Source: Diplonema japonicum
Lineage: Eukaryota > Protista > Euglenozoa: Diplonemea
NCBI GenBank assembly: GCA_964019335.1
Contig: OZ025653.1
Span: forward strand, 62,001 to 126,000
DNA length: 64,000 nucleotides
Direction: 5' to 3'
Made by a program: the position numbers and the translations under genes. The notes beneath the pieces are model-generated. The model was not told the DNA's origin and did no database searches. It saw nothing but the letters and a program-made list of their open reading frames with translations. Every line of letters begins with the position of its first letter. The stretch's first letter is position 1. Shown here one piece after another: positions 35,892 to 46,989 of the stretch.

Positions 35892-37291
35892 TTATTTCCT
35901 AGCTGTGCAGATTGAGAGATGCTCCATCAAGACACCCCCGTTGAACCTCTGCAGGCAGAAAGGGCATCTATTCTTGGCCTGTGTAAGGTAGACCTCCGTT
36001 GCTGCCCTATTGTACTCATGGACGTTGACAGGTGACGTACTAGGTGCTGTGGGCGGCCGCAGTCGGCGGCAGTCGTGGGGGAGCTGCTTCTGTGTCGCGA
36101 ACCAGGCCTGCGGTAGTGTGTGATGACCTTCCCGATTCATACCTTGAGACACTTAGGGATGTGCGACTGGAGGCTGTCCAAGAAATGACTGCCACAAATG
36201 TGGCATGTCAAAGGGTAGACATCAGGCCTCTGCTGGGGGAGTGATACAGGAGCCAACGGGGGCGAAACAGAACGAGAAGGAAGAGGAGCTGCCGGGGGGG
36301 ACAGCACAAGTGCAGGAGATACAAACGGCATGTGTGAGGGCGACACACTCCTCGCTGGCGACACGTTCCTAGGCTGCGACTTCGGAGAGATGGCCACAGA
36401 CCTTGGGGACACCGGAATGCTACATGACCTGGGGGACGTCGAACTGGAGATTGGCACTGGCGGCTGTGATGGGTGCGGCTCGGGCTCGCCGTCGTCCTTC
36501 CAATCGTTCTTCGGCGCTTCTTGGATGCACAACTTCTTCAAATGCGAAAGCTCAGCTCGTAGCGTGCGTATCGTCGACTCCGACTCTGCCTGCTGCACCT
36601 CTATCCTCACATTCCTCGCGCTCAGCTGTGCATGCTTCTCTTTGAGTACAGCATTCTCGGACACTAGCTCCTTTCGTGACTTATACACCTGCTCAAACTC
36701 GCTTAGTAAAGTGTCTTGCTCCTTCTCCAGTGTTGCTATCCGCTCCTTGAGCTGTTCACTCCCGCCCTGTTCCCAGGCAAACAGCTCCGTCAACCCTTCT
36801 CGTGTTATCTTCCCCCGAAGGAGCTTCTTGTACTGCTGGAGTAGCTCGAGCATATTAGGATCCTGAGTGTCCAATGCAGGGGGTATAGGAGGGCTGCTGT
36901 GCTTGGCTGTGCAGGCAGGCGTCACTGGCGAAATGACCGGGGACGGCGCGTGGTGGGGGGAGCGTGAGACATTCGAAGGTAGCAGTCGGGGCTCAATGAA
37001 TGCACACCACTGTGCTTTGTCTTCAATTGTAGACATTGAAAGCATCACCCACTCCTTGCCAGCACGCAAGCCTATTACGTGTCTGTCGTCTATATCAAGA
37101 GGGAGTCTACTCTCGTCGCTCACAATGTCTGTGATGCTGTTGTACGCAATGTGTGCCTGTCGCAGTGCCTTTTCATTAATGCTGAATGAGAGCACCGTCT
37201 CATTGGCTTCAGCCCAGTATCGCCGCCAGTCCCTGTTCTCACCGGCATCGCCATTGTACCGGAAGACATCCACCCACCCGGTCACAAGCAT
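35892..37291 (-). CDS. PH domain + coiled coil + two C2HC (ZNF474/ZC2HC1-like) zinc fingers (~454 aa)
   Basis: ATG 37291; PH-like 'WRRYWAE...EDKAQWCAFIE'; intron 36108-36142; fingers 'CHICGSHF..LQSHIPKC', 'CPFCLQRF..LMEHLSIC'. Confidence 0.75.
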
Positions 37292-37499
37292 CCCGACTGT
37301 CCTGTGGTGCAGTAATATGCTGCATAACAATGGGCTATAAATAAATAGCGTAAAAGAATCAACTAACTGCCTTACAGGCGACCCCTGCAATAGGAATAGT
37401 TCCCGATGCTGAACCACCATGGCTTGCTCATGCTGTATGAAAACGTTCGTTGTTGCATCAGGTGATGGCCTGTGCAACCTTTGTGTGTGGCTGCTCAAT

Positions 37500-38619
37500 C
37501 TAGAGCTTGCTGTTGTTGTCTTCAATTGCGAGCAACAACTTGCCAAAGTTCTGAGAAGTGTACAGTCCCTGGAGTGTCTTCGGGATGTTATCGAAGCCTG
37601 TCCTGATGTCTTCCTGTAAAAGTTGTAAAAGAGTAGGTGGCTGGGAATACCTTCTGCTTCAGCAGCCCCTGCTGGTACCACTTGCTCAGTTGCATAAGCG
37701 CCTTAGGGTACTCCTTTGCGAATTGGAACACCAAGAAACCCTAAGATGTGTTGAAAGAAAGACAAGACACGCATACCTCCATAGAAGACTGGCTCCCGAT
37801 CATGGCCAAGTAGGTCTTGGGGCCCTGAACGTCACTGGCATCTTTAGGGTTGTACTGGCTGATGCCACCACAGAGAGCAATGCGGCCCTTGGTCCTCATC
37901 ATAAGCATTGCGCATTCCAGCGCCTCACCACCAACATTGTCGAAGTACACGTCGAACCCCTTGGGGGCAACAGCGCGCAGCTTGTCGTGCAGCGAGCTCG
38001 ACTTGTCCTTGTAATCCACCACAGCATCGTACCCCAGCTCCTCCTTGCAGAAGGCACACTTGTCCTTGCCACCGGCAATCCCGATGACCTTCTTGGCACC
38101 CATGATTTTGGCAACCTGCCCCACAACACTCCCAGTCGCACCCGCGGCACCTGACACCAGTACAGTGTCACCCTTTTTCATCTTACCAACATTTAGCAAC
38201 CCGAAATAAGCGGTCAGACCGGTAGTCCCGAACAAGCTGAGAGTAAGAGTGGGTGAGACACCTGGCGGCAGGGGGGGGAGCACCCTCGCCCCAACCTGGT
38301 CTTTGCCGTTCGAGACGCAGTAATCCTGCCATCCGCACAAACCAATCGCAAGATCCCCAACCTTGAACCTTGGATGCTTGGACTCCACCACCTTCAGCAC
38401 CCCCTGGGCAAGCATAACGTCCCCTGGCATCACTTGCTTCATGTAGCTGCCCTTCGTAAGCCAAGCCCTCTGGGCAGGGTCGAACGACAGGTGAAGCACC
38501 TTGAAAAGAGCCTGTCCATCTCTGATGGTGGGGATGCTGCTGTTCACCTTTTCATAGTGCTCAGGGCCGATCATGCCCACCACGGGCTTCGCAAGCTTCC
38601 ATTGTCTGTTGACTGCCAT
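37500..38619 (-). CDS. NADPH-dependent alkenal/prostaglandin reductase (PTGR/CurA-like MDR), 348 aa, ending in SKL
   Basis: 'LSFDPAQR', 'GLTAYFGL', 'VSGAAGATGS', 'DVYFDNVGG'; introns 37741-37776 and 37614-37650; C-terminus NNSKL*. Confidence 0.9.
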
Positions 38620-38672
38620 TTCCTGCGGAAGATGACTAGGCTACATTATATTTGAAATGAAATCGTAACTTT

Positions 38673-40001
38673 CTAAGTTGTACATTGCTTCAGGGTAACA
38701 TGAACGGCTCTCATACTATCTGGGCTTAAGTAATGAAAAGAGATGGACTCGTTGCTGATGCCGTCGATACCATGGATGAACTGCGTCGAGTACGTTGCTA
38801 CCTGCAGTGGTGAGATGTGAGAGCTAATGCATACCCAGTTATCCTTTGCCACGTGCACTAAGTGGTCGGGGCCAACAGGATGGAATCTCTCTGCTTTGCG
38901 GTTGTCACGTGTGTCCACAGGCACGATATCAAAAAAACGTAGACACTTAGCCACCTGAACATCTTCCCAGAACATCTTGCCATGCGGTTCGCACTTGGGA
39001 TTGTCCAGATTGTTGGCCAGTACTTTGAGTGCCTCCCTGCTAAGGGTATAGCCGGCGCCTCCAGCGTTGAAGAACACCTTTCCGTTTGGATCGTACAGCC
39101 GCCTTCCGATGTAGTGTGGTTTCTTCCTGTCCAGCGTAGAAAGGTAGGCCTTGTAGTTTGGTGTGAACACGTACATGTCGTCGCCGCCAATCAAGAAGTA
39201 GTCATAGTTCTCGATCTGCGTACTATTAGCCCATGCCCAGATGGACCGCACCTTCTGCCACATGTTCTCCCACGCCTCAGGCCCTTCGTGAACCACTTGA
39301 ATCGCTGGAACGCTCGGGTCGTGCACGGTGCTCATCGCAACAAACCCGTCACAGCCCGAAGCCCACGTGGCGGTCTGCGCCTTTACCTTCGTGACATGGT
39401 TCTTCTCCATTGTGTACACCATGCACAGCACCTTCGGGGAGTCGAGTGGTGGCTGCATGTGCTGTATTTTTCTCACAATGTCGCCCCCTCCTGCTGAGTG
39501 CACCGGTGAGCTGCATAAGGAACTTACGCTGTGATGAGTCCAATAATTCCCCAATCCATACCTAGCCTTCTTCCACAGCCCAGCATGGGTCTCTAGAAGG
39601 AAATCTAACGCCTCGCTACTGGAAGTGTCTTTATGCAGTTTCAGGTCCACATCACCGATGAACAGCTCAGGGAGGTCCCTAGCGCGAGTCGCCCCTATCG
39701 AGGGGGGTGCTGTCTTGGTCTCGCCATGGACCTCGCGGATGTTGCTCTGCCCACATCGCCCGCAGCTCTGCCTGCACTTGTCACGTACGCTGCTCTCTCT
39801 GCATCTTCCCTTGATCACAAACTGCTTGCAGTCAGGCGCCACATCCATGCACCCTTCAGCTTCCTTAGGAGCGTCAGTCACTACTTTGTACAGCACTGTG
39901 TTAATGGAGCAATAGCTTTGCAACATACATAACGCCCACACAGTCAGCACAACTGTGAAGAACACAACCACGAACACCCTCGTGGACCTTCCGCGTCGCA
40001 T
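38673..40001 (-). CDS. GT31 core-1 beta-1,3-galactosyltransferase-like protein with ShK domain
   Basis: Type II anchor; ShK 'CMDVAPDCKQFVIKGRCRESSVRDKCRQSCGRC'; 'GGDDMY', 'GGAGYTLSREAL', 'EDVQVAKCL', 'SISFHY'; likely in-frame intron 38802-38834. Confidence 0.85.
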   Translation of the reverse strand: MRRGRSTRVFVVVFFTVVLTVWALCMLQSYCSINTVLYKVVTDAPKEAEGCMDVAPDCKQFVIKGRCRESSVRDKCRQSCGRCGQSNIREVHGETKTAPPSIGATRARDLPELFIGDVDLKLHKDTSSSEALDFLLETHAGLWKKARYGLGNYWTHHSVSSLCSSPVHSAGGGDIVRKIQHMQPPLDSPKVLCMVYTMEKNHVTKVKAQTATWASGCDGFVAMSTVHDPSVPAIQVVHEGPEAWENMWQKVRSIWAWANSTQIENYDYFLIGGDDMYVFTPNYKAYLSTLDRKKPHYIGRRLYDPNGKVFFNAGGAGYTLSREALKVLANNLDNPKCEPHGKMFWEDVQVAKCLRFFDIVPVDTRDNRKAERFHPVGPDHLVHVAKDNWVCISSHISPLQVATYSTQFIHGIDGISNESISFHYLSPDSMRAVHVTLKQCTT

Positions 40002-40011
40002 GTCCCTCCTC

Positions 40012-41130
40012 CTAGTATGAGTTAAGTTGCTTCGCTTTTTCTTTCTCGGTTGCCAGCTGGTGTAACTGAGCTTTTAAGTTCTCATGGAGGAAAGGATTCA
40101 TATGTCTCATAAGTGCTTCTATCTTGTCAGGTCTACCTGCTGCAGCATAAACGCGCAGCAGGCACACATAGAGTGTCTCCGCCTGGGGCTTGGTGCAGCC
40201 GTTCAATGCATTGGAAAGTATCTCTTCCGCCAGCTTGAGTACGCTCTCTTCTTCAGCCCACATGGCTAGTGCATCAATGAGCAAGCCGTAGACATAAGCG
40301 TCAAGCGTGACCCCGCTGTGGCACATAGCGTTGTAGGTGTTGGAGACGCCCCGCAGGTCCTCGTTTCTTACGTAGCACTTCAGCAGCAGGGTATAATGCT
40401 TCAGAGTGATAGGCCATCCCTGGTCTCTTGTGTATGATATTATCTGCTCTGCGCTCTTGGCGTCCTTCGCAACGCAAGAAACCCTCAGCAGCAGCATTGC
40501 CGTTTGGGCGGTGATATCAAAGCCATCTATCCGAAGGGCCTCGACTACCAACGAGGCCTCCTTTACATCTTTGCATATCTTTAAGAGCGCGTGGTTGCCT
40601 TCCCGTCCGAGCTTGTGGCCTCGGCCTTTAATCTCAGCAGCCACTTTCCTGACGAGGTCGTCCTTGCGGTTGACGGCGTACAGCTCGAGCAGGGAGCACA
40701 TAGCCACCCGCCCCACTGAGTAGCCGTCGGCCTCGATGCTGTGCAGGAATGCAAGCCCTTTGTCGAGGCTGCCGGGGCGAGCAGAGAATGACCTGAGGAG
40801 TATTTCGCAGGTGTCAGCAGAAGGCTTGATAGACTCCTTCCTCATGTCGGACATGAGAGAAGTTCCAATGCTGTGTGACCCCAGCTTTGCCACGAAGCTG
40901 ATGGCAGCGTGGTACGAATACGGGCCAACACGGTGTCCCCTTGCCTTGGCTTGCCGAATGATGGTTCTTACTTGTTCGGAGACATTCGTGATAGACCTGT
41001 TATCAAACTTGTTCCATGTGGCTCTCTTCTCCAGATCCTTGATCCTCTTCACAGTCTCATAATCTCCTGTGGCGGCCTTCTTGGTGCATTGCGCTGTGTC
41101 AAAAAAAACAGCACGCAGCTGCCGCCGCAT
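40012..41130 (-). CDS. Pentatricopeptide repeat protein, probably mitochondrial
   Basis: 372-aa ORF with ~35-aa helical repeats ('HYTLLLKCYVRNEDLRGVSNTYNAMCHSGVTLDAYVYGLLIDALA'); basic N-terminus. Confidence 0.8.
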   Translation of the reverse strand: MRRQLRAVFFDTAQCTKKAATGDYETVKRIKDLEKRATWNKFDNRSITNVSEQVRTIIRQAKARGHRVGPYSYHAAISFVAKLGSHSIGTSLMSDMRKESIKPSADTCEILLRSFSARPGSLDKGLAFLHSIEADGYSVGRVAMCSLLELYAVNRKDDLVRKVAAEIKGRGHKLGREGNHALLKICKDVKEASLVVEALRIDGFDITAQTAMLLLRVSCVAKDAKSAEQIISYTRDQGWPITLKHYTLLLKCYVRNEDLRGVSNTYNAMCHSGVTLDAYVYGLLIDALAMWAEEESVLKLAEEILSNALNGCTKPQAETLYVCLLRVYAAAGRPDKIEALMRHMNPFLHENLKAQLHQLATEKEKAKQLNSY

Positions 41131-41582
41131 CGGGTCACCTGCAAGGCGTTCAAAAAGGAAAATTTAAAGATAAACAACAACAACAAAAAAAAACAAGGAC
41201 ACAGATCATCGCGCGGGGGGAAAAGACATCTTATCTTCCTTTTCCTTTTTCATTTTTTTCTATTCATCGACTTCTTCATCTACACAACCCGTCGCACCGA
41301 AGTGATCATCAAGCTAATGGTGCCTCGGCTGCTCTGGTTGTAATCAAATCTTATTGTGTACTTATTTTTGCCACGTTTTCTTTTTCTTATTTCTGTTTCC
41401 CCAGTTTAGTATTTTGGACAAACGCCTGTGCCAAGCGTCCTAATCGTTCATTTTTTGCAGAGATCAGGATTCAGTAAAAGAACCAGAGGCGTAAGGTGTT
41501 TCGGCGGGTTATGATTCGCCTTGAAGAACTAAATAGGTTTCTATTCTCCTTGTCGCTCTTTGATGACTTCTTATTTCTGTTT

Positions 41583-42150
41583 TCACAGCAGGTCCTTGGC
41601 CTTCTGCAGCACAGGAAGCATGTTGGGCCGAATGATCTTCATGGCCTCGTCAAGGGGGAAGTACTGTCGCTTTCTATGGCTTTCCGCCCAGTCGTCTAGC
41701 CAGGACTGCTCGTGAAGCATCCACATGTGCCACAAGCTTGTGTTGCCCTGTGGAAAAGCAAAGAATAATTTGAAAATAAAGCATCGAAACCTTTGTCGAC
41801 GTGATATTAAAGGTGCCCAACGAAGCACCCAGAGTGCACTGTACGCCTGCCTCCTCCAGCGTCTCACGGACAGCTGCTTCACACGCAGTCTGTGCAAGGT
41901 GTTACTTCATACGAACACACCTCATCCGTCTCCCACCCCCCCTTCGGCAGCACCCAGTCTGGGGTGTTCAGCGACGAAATCAGCAGAACCTCAGGTCCGT
42001 CGTGGCGCCTACGTGACACAACACCGCCAGCTACTAACCTTATTTGATTTTGACCCCCTTTTTTTTCCATAAAGAAAGATGACACCTCCTTCCATCTTCG
42101 TGGTATCGCTGGTTCTCTCGGCCTTGGCGGGCAGGCACCACTGCTGACAT
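41583..42150 (-). CDS. Nudix hydrolase, DIPP/Aps1-like (148 aa)
   Basis: Introns 42039-42085, 41890-41920, 41748-41790 give 'ARQGRENQRY', 'RRLVAG' and Nudix box GGWETDETACEAAVRETLEEAG. Confidence 0.88.
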
Positions 42151-42219
42151 TCTTACCGTGTCCTGAAGAATCTGGTACTACAAAAAACAGTAAGACTACA
42201 AAAACTATTGTACTACAGG

Positions 42220-43953
42220 CTATGTGGTAACTGAGATATTGAACTGCTCTTCTTGAGGTGGTGGTGACATGATTCCTGGGAGCTGCAGGGTGTCAATCTT
42301 CAAGGGGTTCGGCGACTTCGATGTCAGCGAGGGGCTCCGCGTGGCGACGTTGGAGCAAGGGAGGCCTGTGTTTACCGTCAAGCCCTGCCGCACTTCACTA
42401 CGTAAGTCTGTGACCATGTCGATCAAAGCTCGAATCATGGCCTCCTGCCGTTCAACCTTACCATTCAAGTCATTCATGTTTACACGCGTCGGACGCCGTA
42501 GTGAGGAAATCCGAGAAGTCTTCCGGTTAACAGGAGGGTTGTCTGTAATCGAGTTGGCTCTGCAGTCCGGGGCATCTTTCTCCGGAACCTTCACAGACTC
42601 GTCTGCGAGCTGGCACTCCTTCAGCCACTGCTTCTTCCTCTTGTTGAACTCCTTCGTCTCTTTCCACTCCTCGAACGCCTGTTGGAAGCTGCTTGTCAGG
42701 ATTGTAATCGGATAAGCTATCACCAGCAGCCCCGCCATCATTGTTACTGACGCCACGGCCTTCCCCAACTCTGTCACCGGTACCTCGTCTCCGTATCCCA
42801 CCGTTGTGAGGGTAACAAGAGCCCACCACATTGAAGCTGGTATGGACTGGAAAGCACATCTTTGTCCAGCATCAATGAATCGTGAGTTCGCGTTCCGCAC
42901 CCAGTAATTCAGGGACTCATCGAACTTCGCCTCATCCTTCTCCACATAAAACATTAGCGAAGAAAAGAGGCTGACCGCCATCAGGTTCAGCAACAGCAAC
43001 CATGTGAGCGCTGTGCCTGCTCTACTCACGGCAACCACCATAAGCTGGATGCCTTCGGAATACCGTCCAATCTTCAACACGCGCAGGACACGTGCTAGCT
43101 TTGCAAGCCTTAGTATCCTTAGAACCACCAACGACCGCGCACCTGTGTCGTTCGGCAGCACACCCCACGTGCTAAGGTAGTAAGGGAGGATGGAAAGGAG
43201 GTCGACCCACGTGAACCCGCTGGTCATGAGATCTTTGTGTGAAGGACAAGAAATGAACCGTAGAAAGAATTCCAGTGTAAATGTGATGATGCACATTGCT
43301 TCGATTGCCTTCGTGGTTGTGTTTCCTGACTCCTCCGACTTGCCCGGGGTCTGCAGCTCGGGCAGCGACTCAATCATCATGTTCACGATGGAAATCACTA
43401 TCGCGAGCTGCGACGATGTCATGTACGCAAAAGAAACCTTCCGCAGCCTGGGGCAGTCAATCCACTTGCTCCCAAAACTCTGGATGGAAAGTACAAACAA
43501 GTTTCTATTTGTTCCATACATTTTCGACGACACCCCACAACCACGATCGCAGATTGGGTGGTGTCCCCTCATATTCATCATCATCATTTAACCCGGCGGA
43601 AGCGTCGTTGGCGGCGTCCTGAAAGGAATGGGCTTTGTTGTTGAAACACATACTCTGAAGTATCCAGTCAGCTCATCCCACGATATCTCCCCGTTGCCAT
43701 CTGCATCGAGATCCGTCATCAGCTGCCCCACAAGCGGCTCAATCGTCTCCATTGTCATGTTGGGAAACAGAAGCACCCATAGCTCGAGTACCTCAGTCCG
43801 CGTGAGGATCTTATTCCCATCCATATCTACGGTCTTAAATGCCTCTTCCAGCTTCCCTGCCATCTCCCCTGCCAGAAGATCTCTCACGTCCAAAGGCAAG
43901 TTGCCTTTTAATTGCGAAATCCCCCCCGCCACACCCCCGCCAGCGCTCATCAT
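42220..43953 (-). CDS. 6-TM voltage-gated K+ channel with N-terminal EF-hand pair (~552 aa)
   Basis: Introns 43619-43653 and 43480-43519; EF loops DMDGNKILTRTE, DADGNGEISWDE; S4 'LRILRLAKLARVLRVLK'; filter TTVGYGD. Confidence 0.88.
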
Positions 43954-44023
43954 TTTGTCGCCCCCGACTGACAATTATATCAACATACAGCGCAACATTA
44001 ATAACAAAACTACAGGAATGGAT

Positions 44024-45246
44024 CTACGTGTGCAGCCTGGACCTCTCGTGGCGTATCTCAGAGTCAAACTGTGCCTGCTGTTGCTGTGGTCAGATCTGAC
44101 TGCATACCTCAAGTTCAGTGCGTACGTGGATGTCAGGCCTCCAATCCCTCACAGGGGTCGGGTAGGATGCTTGGCTACGTAGCTGAGTGGCCTGTCTGCT
44201 CAGAAGGGCAGAGGAAGGCGACATGCTGCGGTCCTCGCGTTCTAGTTTTAATGAGGAGTTCTCTGACTGGAGGAAAGCAACCCTTGCAGAGAGGTACTTC
44301 ACCTGTTCTTCAAGAGCAAGCGTCTTCTCACTCTCGAAGTGCTGTCTCAGAAGCTCCGTGTTGTAAGCACCGTCCTCACGAATCTGCTGGAAATGGTCTA
44401 GCGCTGAGCGCAGCCCTAGAGCTTCACCTCTGAGCTCGCTGATAACGTCCTCAAGCTCGTGGCATCTTTCGGCGAGCTCATCGTAATCATGGTCAGCCTC
44501 AGTGTAGCCATCAAAGACACGACTCTGTAAGGGGTTCAGTGAGTAGAAAAGCATACGTTGAAAGATCTCCCCGAACGGGGCGACGTGGGGGAACAGCTAG
44601 GCGATGCTGACGGAGGAGGGATAGAAGAGGAAGAAGATGAAGAAGGAGAACGTACACATGGGCGTGCAGGGGGGGTATCGTGGATGACATCAACAAAGGG
44701 GTGGTAGCGCATGGGGTCAGGACCGTCTAGATTGAGGACGTCCTTCATGTCGACGTCGTACTTCAGACGGTACCTGACGAGGGGGTACTGGTTGCCTTGC
44801 ATGGCACACCACAGCTGCTTCAGCACGTCCACGAACTTGCTCCGTATCAACTCGTGCTGTGTGTGTATGAGCACATCAGGCTCTTCCTCGAACAGCAGCC
44901 CAATGTCCGAATCGCCTATCAGCACAACACCCTTTATGTCCTCAATCAAATAGTCTACAGACACCTCAGCCGTCTTAGGGTGGCACAGGTACAGCCTCGT
45001 CACAGTTAGCAGCATGACACGCTTTGCCTTTGGCCGCCCTATTATAGGACGCGAGGTGAGCCTCTTGATTCTGATGACGTCAGCAAAGAAATAGATTAAA
45101 GCAGGCATCCCTGCCCGGAAGACTCCCCTCTTTGCAGGTATCGTGACAGGCGACGGCAGTAAGTCGGCTACGGCTATCTTCCCATGTTGTTTTCCATCTT
45201 CGTTTTGTTCCTCTCCTTCATGTACAGGGGCGTGGGGCTCCTCCAT
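44024..45246 (-). CDS. Myosin-TH1/PH-like domain + coiled-coil protein
   Basis: 'KRVMLLTVTRLYLC..IKGVVL..EEPDVLI'; intron 44525-44556; second donor at 44107 with several in-frame acceptors. Confidence 0.65.
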
Positions 45247-45436
45247 TGTTCATCTCCCTCCCCTGTAGTGGCGCAAGGTTTTGGCTGGGCAGGAGAAAAA
45301 AAAATCTTTTGCACCATAAGCACACGGTCTGGTCTCGCACACCTTTTCTTTCGTAGAAGAAAAGCGTAATCGAAGGTTTGGCTTGTTCCTCTTTATGGGC
45401 CCGCTGCTGAATACATCAGAAGGCGGAAAGCTGATA

Positions 45437-46878
45437 TCAATGCTCCTTCTCCCTTCCTTGGTACTGTTCACACCAAGAGTACTCCGATGCAGATCCAACG
45501 CACTTTGATTGAGGTTAGGGGTAGGTTGATGGAAAAGGCATACCTTGGCGTGCACGGGGCACTTACATTTCTTACATTGCATGCCATTTCCATACACAAA
45601 CTTTCCACAATAGAAGCACATGCCGGGAAGGAAGGCCTTGCCGAAAGCATGTGTTGTCTTTTTTTCTGTTGAAGGTGCTGATGCAGAGAACTTGGAGACA
45701 GGCTTCCCGTGCTCGTCGTACTTCGTATCCTTGAAGGTCGGGATCACCTCCAAAACCTCTTCAGACAGATTCTCCATACTTGTTGTGATCACAGGCTGCA
45801 ACGGAGACAGTGGCTCGCGCTGCACGACGCCATCGGTCTGTGTGCCCCACTTGCTCACCTCGACAGGCGCCCCTCCACCCACCTCCTCCTCGTTCGAAAC
45901 AATGATTGATCTGCAATTTATGTCATCAAATCAATTTCACATACTGTCTGATCTGGTCTTCTGATATCTGCAGCTTTCCCGGGCATGGCAGGATCGTACT
46001 GTAATCGAACCCCTCTGCAAACCACTCGTGTGCTATGATGCCCTCAATTGCGATGCGCTCTTCGGGGTTGATGTTCAGAATACGCGAGATAAGGTCCTTT
46101 ACAGGATCTGATAACGACGACGGCATCTTGTACCTGCCTTCCGTTATCGCCAGGATGATGCCTTGGACACCCTGCACTTCACCCTCTGCCCGGAAGGGGA
46201 CCCTCCCAGTTAGCATGACGTAAAGAATTACCCCGCAGCTCCAGACGTCCGTTCGAAAGCCATTATACCCCCTTCCCAGGAACACCTCGGGCGCTGCATA
46301 ATTTGGCGTCCCGCAACATGTCTGTAACCTCATCATAGGCGTCACCTTACCCTCTTCATCATAGTTCTGGAAGTTCGAAAATCCGAAGTCTGCAATTTTC
46401 AGCTCGTTCTTCGATGTCAGCAATAAGTTCTGGGGCTTCTGCAAGGTGTGAGGTGCGGGTATTACAAAAAGCTCACACATACCAGATCCCTGTGAACGAT
46501 GCCCCTCTGATGGCAGTACTGCACGCCCATGATCAGCTGCCTGAAGTACTTCCTTGCCGTGTCTTCCTTGAATCGCCTTTCATTCGTAATCTGGTCTAGA
46601 AGCTCTCCACCAGTTGCTAATTCTATAACTAAATAGAAGTGTTTCCCTGTTTCCATCACATCGATCAGCCGCAACACGTTGGGGTGCTGCAGCTGTTTCA
46701 TCGTTGCAATCTCTCGCTGCAGCATCGGGCGCCCTTTACCCTTCGCAAGCAGCTGCTTGGCACATATCTTCACCGCCACCGCTTGAGCCCCCCGCTTGTC
46801 ATCAGCTATCTTCACCTCACCAAAGCTGCCCTGCCCTAGCGTGTGCCCCAAAACATAAGGGCCTATCTGCTTCACCAT
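45437..46878 (-). CDS. SNF1/CIPK-like (CAMK group) Ser/Thr kinase with C-terminal C1 domain (~440 aa)
   Basis: GQGSFG, VAVK, HRDL|KPQN across intron 46439-46482, DFG, 'TCCGTPNYAAPE'; introns 45911-45944 and 45503-45543; C1 'HAF..CFYC..CKKCKCPVHAKC..C'. Confidence 0.9.
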
Positions 46879-46989
46879 GTCCTGTCATGAGGTGTTTCGA
46901 AAGAACAAAGGAATTTAAACTCAAGCGAAGACGCGAGTGAGACCATGAGGCTCTCATGTGAGATGAGCGGCACCCCGTCTATGCCATGA

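Noticed and set aside
37292-37681. N-terminal ~130 aa of the 514-aa ORF 36137-37681
   Set aside because: It overlaps the last exons of the reductase gene in another frame; the PH protein more plausibly starts at ATG 37291.
16625-40001. Glycosylation gene cluster (dehydratase, polyprenol reductase, GT31)
   Set aside because: The genes are dispersed among unrelated genes and belong to different pathways.
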